From Macrostomum hystrix (taxonomy: Eukaryota; Animalia; Platyhelminthes): a stretch of DNA of 64,000 bases. Shown here piece by piece: positions 37,068 to 48,339 of this stretch (its first letter is position 1; every line of letters starts with the position of its first letter). The position numbers and the translations under genes are program-made. Below the pieces are notes generated by a model. That model did no database searches and was not told the origin of the DNA. It saw only the letters and a program-made list of their open reading frames with translations. The DNA is taken from assembly GCA_950097015.1 (NCBI GenBank), contig CATNEN010000001.1, forward strand, positions 8,742,001 to 8,806,000, in the 5' to 3' direction.

Positions 37068-40000
37068 TTGTGGGTAGTTTATGAAGTGCCAAGCTTGTGA
37101 GTAGTTTGTGAAGTGCCAAGCTTGTGAGTAGTTTGTGAAGTGCCAAGCTTGTGAGTAGTTTGTGAAGCACCAAGCTTGTGAGTAGTTTGTGAAGTGCCAA
37201 GCTTGTGAGTAGTTTGTGAAGTGCCAAGCTTGTGAGTAGTTTGTGAAGTGCCAAGCTTGTGAGTAGTTTGTGAAGTGCCAAGCTTGTGAGTAGTTTGTGA
37301 AGTGCCGAGCTTGTGAGTAGTTTGTGAAGTGCCGAGCTTGTGAGTAGTTTGTGAAGTGCCAAGCTTGTGAGTAGTTTGTGAAGTGCCAAGCTTGTGAGTA
37401 GTTTGTGAAGTGCCAAGCTTGTGAGTAGTTTGTGAAGTGCCAAGCTTGTGAGTAGTTTGTGAAGTGCCAAGCTTGTGAGTAGTTTGTGAAGTGCCAAGCT
37501 TGTGAGTAGTTTGTGAAGTGCCAAGCTTGTGAGTAGTTTGTGAAGTGCCAAGCTTGTGAGTAGTTTGTGAAGTGCCAAGCTTGTGAGTAGTTTGTGAAGT
37601 GCCAAGCTTGTGAGTAGTTTGTGAAGTGCCGAGCTTGTGAGTAGTTTGTGAAGTGCCGAGCTTGTGAGTAGTTTGTGAAGTGCCAAGCTTGTGAGTAGTT
37701 TGTGAAGTGCTGAGCTTGTGAGTAGTTTGTGAAGTGCCAAGCTTGTGAGTAGTTTGTGAAGTGCCGAGCTTGTGAGTAGTTTGTGAAGTGCCAAGCTTGT
37801 GAGTAGTTTGTGAAGTGCCAAGCTTGTGAGTAGTTTGTGAAGTGCCGAGCTTGTGAGTAGTTTGTGAAGTGCCAAGCTTGTGAGTAGTTTGTGAAGTGCC
37901 AAGCTTGTGAGTAGTTTGTGAAGCACCAAGCTTGTGAGTAGTTTGTGAAGTGCCGAGCTTGTGAGTAGTTTGTGAAGTGCCGAGCTTGTGAGTAGTTTGT
38001 GAAGCACCAAGCTTGTGAGTAGTTTGTGAAGTGCCAAGCTTGTGAGTAGTTTGTGAAGTGCCAAGCTTGTGAGTAGTTTGTGAAGTGCCAAGCTTGTGAG
38101 TAGTTTGTGAAGTGCCAAGCTTGTGAGTAGTTTGTGAAGTGCCAAGCTTGTGAGTAGTTTGTGAAGTGCCAAGCTTGTGAGTAGTTTGTGAAGTGCCGAG
38201 CTTGTGAGTAGTTTGTGAAGCACCAAGCTTGTGAGTAGTTTGTGAAGTGCCGAGCTTGTGAGTAGTTTGTGAAGTGCCGAGCTTGTGAGTAGTTTGTGAA
38301 GTGCCAAGCTTGTGAGTAGTTTGTGAAGTGCCAAGCTTGTGAGTAGTTTGTGAAGTGCCAAGCTTGTGAGTAGTTTGTGAAGTGCCAAGCTTGTGAGTAG
38401 TTTGTGAAGTGCCAAGCTTGTGAGTAGTTTGTGAAGTGCCAAGCTTGTGAGTAGTTTGTGAAGTGCCGAGCTTGTGAGTAGTTTGTGAAGCACCAAGCTT
38501 GTGAGTAGTTTGTGAAGTGCCAAGCTTGTGAGTAGTTTGTGAAGCACCAAGCTTGTGAGTAGTTTGTGAAGTGCCGAGCTTGTGAGTAGTTTGTGAAGTG
38601 CCAAGCTTGTGAGTAGTTTGTGAAGTGCCGAGCTTGTGAGTAGTTTGTGAAGTGCCGAGCTTTTGAGTAGTTTGTGAAGTGCTGAGCTTGTGAGTAGTTT
38701 GTGAAGTGCCAAGCTTGTGAGTAGTTTGTGAAGTGTCGAGCTTGTGAGTAGTTTGTGAAGTGCCAAGCTTGTGAGTAGTTTGTGAAGTGTCGAGCTTGTG
38801 AGTAGTTTGTGAAGTGCCAAGCTTGTGAGTAGTTTGTGAAGTGCCGAGCTTGTGAGTAGTTTGTGAAGTGCCAAGCTTGTGAGTAGTTTGTGAAGTGCCA
38901 AGCTTGTGAGTAGTTTGTGAAGCACCAAGCTTGTGAGTAGTTTGTGAAGTGCCGAGCTTGTGAGTAGTTTGTGAAGTGCCGAGCTTGTGAGTAGTTTGTG
39001 AAGCACCAAGCTTGTGAGTAGTTTGTGAAGTGCCAAGCTTGTGAGTAGTTTGTGAAGTGCCAAGCTTGTGAGTAGTTTGTGAAGTGCCAAGCTTGTGAGT
39101 AGTTTGTGAAGTGCCAAGCTTGTGAGTAGTTTGTGAAGTGCCAAGCTTGTGAGTAGTTTGTGAAGTGCCAAGCTTGTGAGTAGTTTGTGAAGTGCCGAGC
39201 TTGTGAGTAGTTTGTGAAGCACCAAGCTTGTGAGTAGTTTGTGAAGTGCCGAGCTTGTGAGTAGTTTGTGAAGTGCCGAGCTTGTGAGTAGTTTGTGAAG
39301 TGCCAAGCTTGTGAGTAGTTTGTGAAGTGCCAAGCTTGTGAGTAGTTTGTGAAGTGCCAAGCTTGTGAGTAGTTTGTGAAGTGCCAAGCTTGTGAGTAGT
39401 TTGTGAAGTGCCAAGCTTGTGAGTAGTTTGTGAAGTGCCAAGCTTGTGAGTAGTTTGTGAAGTGCCGAGCTTGTGAGTAGTTTGTGAAGCACCAAGCTTG
39501 TGAGTAGTTTGTGAAGTGCCAAGCTTGTGAGTAGTTTGTGAAGCACCAAGCTTGTGAGTAGTTTGTGAAGTGCCGAGCTTGTGAGTAGTTTGTGAAGTGC
39601 CAAGCTTGTGAGTAGTTTGTGAAGTGCCGAGCTTGTGAGTAGTTTGTGAAGTGCCGAGCTTTTGAGTAGTTTGTGAAGTGCTGAGCTTGTGAGTAGTTTG
39701 TGAAGTGCCAAGCTTGTGAGTAGTTTGTGAAGTGTCGAGCTTGTGAGTAGTTTGTGAAGTGCCAAGCTTGTGAGTAGTTTGTGAAGTGCCAAGCTTGTGA
39801 GTTGTTTGTGAAGCACCAAGCTTGTGAGTAGTTTGTGAAGTGCCGAGCTTGTGAGTAGTTTGTGAAGTGCCAAGCTTGTGAGTAGTTTGTGAAGTGCTGA
39901 GCTTGTGAGTAGTTTGTGAAGTGCCAAGCTTGTGAGTAGTTTGTGAAGTGCCAAGCTTGTGAGTAGTTTGTGAAGTGCTGAGCTTGTGAGTAGTTTGTGA

Positions 40001-40938
40001 AGTGCCAAGCTTGTGAGTAGTTTGTGAAGTGCCGAGCTTTTGAGTAGTTTGTGAAGTGCCAAGCTTGTGAGTAGTTTGTGAAGTGCCAAGCTTGTGAGTT
40101 GTTTGTGAAGTGCCAAGCTTGTGAGTAGTTTGTGAAGTGCTGAGCTTGTGAGTAGTTTGTGAAGTGCCAAGCTTGTGAGTAGTTTGTGAAGTGCCGAGCT
40201 TGTGAGTAGTTTGTGAAGTGCCAAGCTTGTGAGTAGTTTGTGAAGTGCCGAGCTTGTGAGTAGTTTGTGAAGTGCCAAGCTTGTGAGTAGTTTGTGAAGT
40301 GCTGAGCTTGTGAGTAGTTTGTGAAGTGCCGAGCTTGTGAGTAGTTTGTGAAGTGCCGAGCTTGTGGGTAGTTTGTGAAGTGCCAAGCTTGTGAGTAGTT
40401 TGTGAAGTGCCAAGCTTGTGAGTAGTTTGTGAAGTGCCAAGCTTGTGAGTAGTTTGTGAAGTGCCAAGCTTGTGAGTAGTTTGTGAAGTGCCAAGCTTGT
40501 GAGTAGTTTGTGAAGTGCCAAGCTTGTGAGTAGTTTGTGAAGTGCCGAGCTTGTGAGTAGTTTGTGAAGTGCCGAGCTTGTGAGTAGTTTGTGAAGTGCC
40601 GAGCTTGTGAGTAGTTTGTGAAGTGCCAAGCTTGTGAGCAGTTTGTGAAGTGCTAAGCTTGTGAGCAGTTTGTGAAGTGCCAAGCTTGTGAGTAGTTTGT
40701 GAAGTGCCAAGCTTGTGAGCAGTTTGTGAAGTGCCGAGCTTGTGAGTAGTTTGTGAAGTGCCAAGCTTGTGAGTAGTTTGTGAAGTGCCAAGCTTGTGAG
40801 TAGTTTGTGAAGTGCCAAGCTTGTGAGTAGTTTGTGAAGTGCCAAGCTTGTGAGTAGTTTGTGAAGTGTCGAGCTTGTGAGTAGTTTGTGAAGTGCCAAG
40901 CTTGTGGGTAGTTTGTGAAGTGCCAAGCTTGTGAGTAG
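37068..40938. repeat. 27-bp satellite (GTGAGTAGTTTGTGAAGTGCCAAGCTT), ~143 copies
   Basis: Direct periodicity; intergenic. Confidence 0.98.
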
Positions 40939-41486
40939 TCTTTTTAAGTACCGGGCTCGTGAGCAGCTCGCGGGCTTTGTTTCTTATTAGTTAGTGAAAC
41001 ACCAAGCTCGCGGGAATCTACGGGTATAGTCGTCTCCCGTCCAGTTTCAACGTGCGTCATGAGTTGAGACTAAACAGTCTTGCACTATACTGAACATACT
41101 GTATTACTGTGGTACCAAAACACCTTATCTAAAAACTAAAGAAAATAACGCTCCTGTTAATTTGTTTAATCCTGATAAGGTGCAAACAATTCAGGAAGCT
41201 TATGTAGATTGCCGAGTAAATTCTTCAGAATGGGTACTAAAACGTACTAAACGTAAGCTAAAAGTTAAGTATCGGATCTTCAAGAATATGGTAATATAAA
41301 CCTATTTACTATGGCCAAATACACACCAAAATTAAACAACGCATAAAAACATCTTCAATCTCCGATTATATTTCCTTTTTGCGAGCGGAATTCAACGTTA
41401 TATATGTTCTATAAAGTATTAAATGCATAAAATCTTTGTATAATTTAGTAAAGGTGTTTCTAAAATATATTAAGGGAAATCTTGAT

Positions 41487-42130
41487 TTCGACGACTTCTT
41501 GAATTCGACGACTTCTTGAATTAGACGTCTTCGTCAATTAGACAACTTCTTGAATTGGACGACTTCTTGAATTAGACGACTTCTTGGATTAGACGACTTC
41601 TTAGACGACTTCTTAGACGACTTGTTAGACGACTTCTTAGACGACTTCTTAGACGACTTCTTAGACGACTTCTTAGACGACTTCTTAGACGACTTCTTAG
41701 ACGACTTCTTAGACGACTTCTTAGACGACTTCTTAGACGACTTCTTAGACGACTTCTTAGACGACTTCTTGAATTGGACGACTTCTTGAATTGGACGACT
41801 TCTTAGATGACTTCTTAAATTAGACGACTTCTTAGACGACTTCTTAGACGACTTCTTAGACGACTTCTTAGACGACTTCTTAGACGACTTCTTGAATTAG
41901 ACGACTTCTTAGACGACTTCTTGAATTGGACGACTTCTTGAATTGGACGACTTCTTGAATTGGACGACTTCTTGAATTGGACGACTTCTTGAATTAGACG
42001 ACTTCTTGAATTAGACGACTTCTTGAATTAGACGACTTCTTGAATTGGACGACTTCTTGAATTAGACGACTTCTTGAATTAGACGACTTCTTGAATTAGA
42101 CGACTTCTTGAATTATACTAATTCTTGAAT
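41487..42130. repeat. Mixed 12-bp / 17-bp tandem (AGACGACTTCTT, with or without GAATT)
   Basis: Direct periodicity. Confidence 0.93.
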
Positions 42131-43608
42131 TTAAACAACATTTATTAGGATTTTTAAGAGGATTTAGGATTAGGAATTAGATCGAATAAATTAGTATTTA
42201 TTAGAATTTAAACAACACGATTGGTTCACTGATGAAATAACTTTTGTTTTTTTAAGTCGACCTTCGACTATCCGGCTGAGTTTCTGGAAAACTCCATTCA
42301 ATCAAACGCCAAATGTAAATATAAACAAACCATCAATATGCGAGCCTATCCTGGATGACATAAAATGCTGACCTATCTACTTAATAAAGCATCTAGGTAA
42401 TTAATTGCACTGTCAAATTAGACTGGTTATAAATTATGAAAGTTTGTTGCGAGTCATTTTTTTTTTTGACGCCTTGCACAGCATAAAAACTTGTGAGGCA
42501 GCCAGGCGAACTATTAATATATACTGATATAATTTAGCTATGCCATTTACCTGGCTCCTAAATAAGGAAAGAGAATTCCTTTCAAACGATGAAAGATGAG
42601 GCAGACGAAATTGAAAGGAAATGAGAGGACAGACGAGAGAGGACGGCCAGGGGAAGGGAACGATCGAGCTCCGCTTCCACTATATTTCATATACAAATTC
42701 ACAAGAATAGAAAATGGAGAATGGAGTAGGGATGCCAAAAACCGTGCTCTTTTGAGAACCGGTTAACCGGTTTTAAAAACCGTATTTTTCAGGAAACCGG
42801 TTTTTAAAAACCGGTTTGTGCGTCAATTTCGTAAACAAATAACAAATGAACTTGCGGCTTTAAAATGCATGCTAGATACCTCTTTTACATATTTGTCATT
42901 TGTTTCCCCCTGCTTTGTTTGACCCTTGAAGGCTTTGACTTGCTGTTGCTGTTTAATATTATAATTTGCGAAGCATAATACTATTGAATAAATTAATAAG
43001 TTATAATAAACACGAGGCACGAATCTGACTAATAATGTCAGTGACGTGCTTTATTGTCATTTCATTCTCTTAATTCGTTGGCAACTTGGCAATTGGCATC
43101 AGCCAGCATTCTCACATTTCAGACAGTCATGTTTTTTTCTTCAAAAATTATTCGGCATTTGGCATTGGAATTGGCGCAAGCAAACAAAAAACAAGATAAA
43201 GAAAAAGACCAGACACAGACACAAAGACAATTTTGTCGTAAAAAATTGCGCAACAAACCCTGCAGGCTTCAAGCTACAAACTAGTTTCTACTCTACTCGA
43301 ACTCGAAGTGCATGTGTATAGGAGTTTAGCTACTTCCATATCTTCTACTCTACTCTATCATTTTTCCACACTATTCCACTCAACTTATCTCATCTGCTGT
43401 CATTATCCTGCTCAATCTAAATGTATCTCTTCTTATTGTCAACTTCTCAAAACTCTTTCACTCTTCAGTCTTTTCTTAGTAATCCAACTCTAATATGGTC
43501 ATGTGACTCATGTCCTATTCTAGGACAATTGACTTTTAACTTAATTTCACTTCCATAAGTCCTTGAAATGTTTGACAATACAGGGAGGGAAATGTGAATG
43601 CAATGCAA

Positions 43609-45693
43609 TCATGTGTCCCTTTCACGCTTTAAAAAGTAATGGCGGAGCATGACGAGCCTTGACAGTGTAGTGTCAGTCAGTCGAGATCGCACTTTCGACA
43701 GGAAAGATCCACTTGCAGAAAACGCACGTTCAGCCTCGACACTTGTAGGTGGAATTAGCTGAAGTCCTTGGTATAGTTGCGTGAGCAAAGTGCCTCGTTG
43801 CTGTGCAATACGGAGGAACTCAATCTCGCGGCCAATTCGACTTTCTAGTGTCATGCTTTGGTTTCGATTTCGAGGCTGCTCATTCTTCTGTTGCAAAAAT
43901 AACTTCAGCTGGTCTTCTAGGCCTATGCAGACCTCTTGCTGATTTGCCCGATTGCTGTCGATTGCTTCAGCTGGTCTTGAACACGCAGCTACTGGTGCTG
44001 GTAAAGATGATGCTGCCAACTCCTCCGAGCGTGTTGACAATTCCAGATTCATGTTAAGACCTGCTGCAGCTGCTCCACTTTCACTAGCAGTTTGATCGGC
44101 ATTGTCCTCAGGCTGTGCACACAGTTCTAGTTTCTTGGCGAGAGCAATTAAAGTATACTTAACGGCATTGAGCTCAGATTTTGAGTCAGTAGCTCCATAT
44201 TGGAAGAGAAACTTGGCTGCAGTGACTATGGGTCCGCTGCGCTCTTGAATACGCAGCTTAAGTGAGCTGGAAAGATCCTGTGCAGGGTCACTTTCTTGGC
44301 TTGACAGCTTCAGTATGGCGAACTCTACTGCATTGATTGCAGTGACGATTGTGCAATCACGCTGGCATAGTGTCTTCACAATTAGCTCTACAGGTTTGAG
44401 GGCCTGGTTGATTTCATTCAAGCGTGCAATGTCTTGGCGATCCAATGGGAATTCGAGATCAAGTTGCAAGAGTGCTCGCTGTATGGGCTTCAAAAGCAGC
44501 AAGAAGCGATCCACCATACTCAGCAAGGAATTCCACCGAGTCCGACAATCAAGGATGAGACTAAGCTCAGATCCATGACTTGCCTTCACAAATGACTGAA
44601 GTGTGTCATTGCGCACAGGTTTTCCGCGAAAACACTTGACAACATCGCGAACTTTGACAATGAGTTCTTGAATAGTAGGATTCAGTTGCATAGCATTGCC
44701 ATCAGTTCCTTCATCAGACAAGTCCCACAGCATGGCCACTTCAGCATCATCACATGCATCAGCTTCGACATCAGAAACAGAAACAGTAGATGTAACTGCG
44801 GTAGCAACAGGACAATAAAGCACATCAGATACAGCCAGATGAATTGCATGTGCAAAACACAGGTGGTGCTCAGCATGAATTAACCTTCCAAACTTCACCA
44901 TCACTGATGCTCCGTCTGTAGTACAAGCAATGATGTCTTTGGTGACATCTACTCCAAACTTGCTGACATGTTCAGTTACAAGCTGCAAACAAGCCTCAGC
45001 ATTCATTGATCCATGAACTCTTACAAGTCCAAGATTGTGATGACTTCGATTGGCTAAGTGAATGTTCACATTCATATAACGACGATTGTTTATACCTGTC
45101 CACTCATCAAGTGTCAGGGCAAACCTTTCACCACATTTGCGTCGCGCACAAAGATCTGTCTTTATTTCAGCCTCAACTGAGTCTGCAAACAACATCACCC
45201 GAGCCTTGATTGTCTCCCTTGACTTGGGGACATGCACTCCACGTGCTTGGAGACCACTTCGAATATCCTCAGATGTTACAAACAATCGAAATGCAATTCC
45301 ATCCTTGGCTACCATTCTGGCAAAAATAGCATTATCATCCACTGGCTTACGAGACAGAAATTCAACTATTTTTGACTGCTTTGCAGGTGTTGGGCCAGCT
45401 AGGGCAGCTTGGACAACTGGGCCAGCTGCAGCTGTGGCAGTGGGGGCAGCTTGGCTATCTTGCAAAGGTTGGCTAATGCTGCTAGTAGCACGAGGCATTC
45501 TGCTATTTCCAGACTTAGTATTTGTCCCAGAAACAGGAAGTTTGATATCATGTAACTTCTTCAGATGCGCATGCATGGCCGAAGTGGATCCTCCCTTAGT
45601 CTGGATTGTAGTCTTGCAAATATTGCAACTAGCTTGCTTTTCAGAAATTCTCTGAAAATTCGTCCATATGCTAGACTTTGGAAGACTAGACAT
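43609..45693 (-). CDS. hAT transposase (BED zinc finger, DDE catalytic core, C-terminal hATC domain)
   Basis: Uninterrupted 694-aa ORF. BED finger W..F...C..C...GSTS.M..HL...H; catalytic motifs LTLDEWT and TTDGASVM; CxxH (CFAH); RWNS; TSVEAERAFS. An upstream intron acceptor is possible near 45731. Confidence 0.95.
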   Translation of the reverse strand: MSSLPKSSIWTNFQRISEKQASCNICKTTIQTKGGSTSAMHAHLKKLHDIKLPVSGTNTKSGNSRMPRATSSISQPLQDSQAAPTATAAAGPVVQAALAGPTPAKQSKIVEFLSRKPVDDNAIFARMVAKDGIAFRLFVTSEDIRSGLQARGVHVPKSRETIKARVMLFADSVEAEIKTDLCARRKCGERFALTLDEWTGINNRRYMNVNIHLANRSHHNLGLVRVHGSMNAEACLQLVTEHVSKFGVDVTKDIIACTTDGASVMVKFGRLIHAEHHLCFAHAIHLAVSDVLYCPVATAVTSTVSVSDVEADACDDAEVAMLWDLSDEGTDGNAMQLNPTIQELIVKVRDVVKCFRGKPVRNDTLQSFVKASHGSELSLILDCRTRWNSLLSMVDRFLLLLKPIQRALLQLDLEFPLDRQDIARLNEINQALKPVELIVKTLCQRDCTIVTAINAVEFAILKLSSQESDPAQDLSSSLKLRIQERSGPIVTAAKFLFQYGATDSKSELNAVKYTLIALAKKLELCAQPEDNADQTASESGAAAAGLNMNLELSTRSEELAASSLPAPVAACSRPAEAIDSNRANQQEVCIGLEDQLKLFLQQKNEQPRNRNQSMTLESRIGREIEFLRIAQQRGTLLTQLYQGLQLIPPTSVEAERAFSASGSFLSKVRSRLTDTTLSRLVMLRHYFLKRERDT

Positions 45694-46547
45694 TTGTATC
45701 TTTGCTGATGTCCTGAATCCTGATGATGATCTGCAATTAATTAGATTAGATTTTTTTACTTATATTCAATGGTAGTTGTTATTTATTACTTATGAATTCA
45801 AATAAAATATTTAGAAATATGTAAAAAAATATTATTAGGCCTACCCTATCATTTTATATATGATATAACCATGGAGATTTCACTTTGAAATTTGACAGAA
45901 ATATATAGTTGGCTAAGGCTAATGACTTATGACTTAAGGCTAATGAGTAGTAATGACGAATGGCTAAAGCCCACCTGGTTGCACCTTTACCCTTAGGACC
46001 CTTTGGGCTTTCCCTTGGCTATATAAGTAATTCAAACCTTTCCTAAGAAATTTTACTATATGATATATATATATACTTGCAATTACAAATTTACAAAAAA
46101 ATTATTCATTTTCTTAGCATTTATATTTAGAATTAAATAAATTTATTTAATTGTCATTGACAATAGTCAGGCTTAACTCACATATTTTGAATTTGGATTT
46201 TAAAGTGCCACACAGCCCACACTGGCCCATGCATAGTACAATGCACTTTGTACATATTTAATTATGCTTATAGATTACAGTTACATATAGTTACAGATGA
46301 TAGTAGACTATATATAGAGCTCCTTCATTAGACTGATTAGAAGAGAAATTAGCAAATGGTTGGGCTTGGACACTTGGGCCTATACTCAATAGTAAATACT
46401 AAATAGTAAATACCTAACCTAACTCCTAGACTCCTGAGTCCTGAGTCCTGACTCCTGACTCCTGTCCTGTCCTGAGTAAAGATAATGCTGAGCTAATGGC
46501 AATGGCAATGCTGCCTGCCAGTGCCAGCCAGTGATATGATATGGAAA

Positions 46548-46882
46548 CCCGTACAAACAACAATCCGACATCAGCCAATGTTGGCGACTTTTTCGACGTT
46601 GGCCAACGTCGCTGTAGCATTACCGCTTTTACCATCTCCTGAGTCCTGAGTCCTGACCACCAACACCAACCAACCGACGTTTGACGTTTATTTAGATTTA
46701 GACGTCTGCTAGACGTCGGGTCGGGTCGGGATCGGATTCGGGACTCGGGACCGGGAGATAGGAAAAGTGGTAATGTTACATTACAGCGATGTCGGCCGAC
46801 GGTCGACGTCGGGATCGGGTCGGGAGTCGGGACTCGGATTGTTGTACTTGTACTTGTACGTTGTACTTGTACGTTGTACGGG
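46548..46882. mobile_element. Non-autonomous MITE-like foldback element nested in the hAT 5' region
   Basis: Termini CCCGTACAA / TTGTACGGG flanked by AAA on both sides. Imperfect internal inverted arms: ACAATCCGA vs TCGGATTGT; TCGCTGTAGCATTACCGCTTTT vs AAAAGTGGTAATG..TACAGCGA. Confidence 0.55.
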
Positions 46883-48339
46883 AAACTAGAAAGCTGAAAG
46901 CTAAAAGTTAAAACTTCTGGATCTGGAAGCCCTGAAAAATGACTGAATCTGAATCACTGAATGCTGAAAGCCTAGCTGAAAGTCTGAAACCCATCCTAGT
47001 AGCCGTAGGTGGTGATACGAAAGTTACGAAACACAAATTGCCCAAGACAAATCCCATTCTATTTTACGTTATAATATTTTCACTTTTGATTTCGAAGAAA
47101 TTATTGAATTTAAATTTCTAATTTTCAAGAGTCACGACTCACGTTGAATTGTTTGCGACATTATGAATTGTGATGTGTATTGTTGTGGTTGTGACATTTG
47201 TCACGTTGTTGTGAGTCTTGTGACTCTTTATATCTAGATTGTATTCCATTTTAGAATTTTAATAAGCATGTGAAAAACCGTGAAAAACCGGACCAAAAAA
47301 CCGGTTTTTTCAAAACCGGTTTTTCGGCCCGAAACCGGTTTTTTGGCAAACCGGTTAACCGGAGTTGGCATCCCTAGAATGGAGGGAGGGCTATTAAAGA
47401 AAGAAAAATTGAAATAGCATGATAATAAAAGAGTGAGAAAGAAATACGGTAGCTAAAAGCCCCCGGTGCAACAATAACAGTTGCATATATGCACAATACA
47501 CACTATCGCTTGATTGGAATCGTAGAGGTGAAGGAAAATGAGATTATAGTAAGACGGGTGAGAGATTTAGCTGCAATTGTGGATTGTGGGATAGGGCTTT
47601 CTAAAACCATTCCTTAGCGGAGAGAGTGAGTGATGCTTAACCGTCCAATGCTTAATTTGGGGGGGTGGGCTGCCAGACTGCCATTTCTCCAGTGGTTGGG
47701 TCTGGCATTTCATACCGGGGCGGCGGGGGAGTAGGCAGGGCTGACACCCACCTCACCTCCTATCGTCCATCTGTGCCCCACCCCTCTCCGCTTTAACTTT
47801 AGAACCCCGATACCCCACTCTACTGGCCCGCCGCGGGGTTTGGGGGTCAAAAAGAGGGAGGGGGGAGAGGCCCTACCGCACCCACTCCTCACAGGGCGGC
47901 GCGCCGAGCGGTGTGTTTTCCGCGCATACCCCTCCACCGTCCCTCCCCCACAGAGGCCTTGATAGAAAGAGAGAAGATAGACAGGGAAAGAGAGACGAAC
48001 GGAGTAAAAGATAGATAGAGAAAAGAAGAGAAGAACTAGGGATAGGGCCACGAGGACAGGACAAGAAAATAAGAACTGTCTTGAGGAAAGGTTTTTTCAC
48101 TCAGTTGACCCCCGCCTTCGGCTAAAGCCTTTTAGAAGAAAGCGTCGGGCAAGGGGGCATCCGAGCCGAAGCCAAACAAGGCTACAGCAGTGCGGACCTG
48201 CTATTGAAAGGCGGAGCACTATAAACAGAATTAGGCAGCTAAAGAGAAATTCTATACTTAGCTTCCTCCTTTGTCGGTGCGCATCGAGTCGCGTCCGTGA
48301 CCCCGTGAATCAGCTGGCGGCAATTCCGAACTGTCAAAG

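Larger units (their letters stand above)
42727..47376 (-). mobile_element. Full-length autonomous hAT-superfamily DNA transposon (4650 bp)
   Basis: TIR TAGGGATGCCAA (42727-42738) / TTGGCATCCCTA (47365-47376). Perfect 8-bp TSD GAATGGAG at 42719-42726 and 47377-47384. Subterminal AAACCGGTT motifs at both ends. Internal transposase ORF. Confidence 0.96.

Noticed and set aside
37057-40926. 1289-aa ORF of (LALHKLLTS)n, an amphipathic LxxLL-like repeat
   Set aside because: It is a stop-free frame of a 27-bp satellite with no ATG, no unique domain and no synonymous-variation signal; most likely non-coding.
48100-48175. HDV-like or twister ribozyme
   Set aside because: Complementary segments exist, but the order and catalytic-core nucleotides do not match the consensus by eye.
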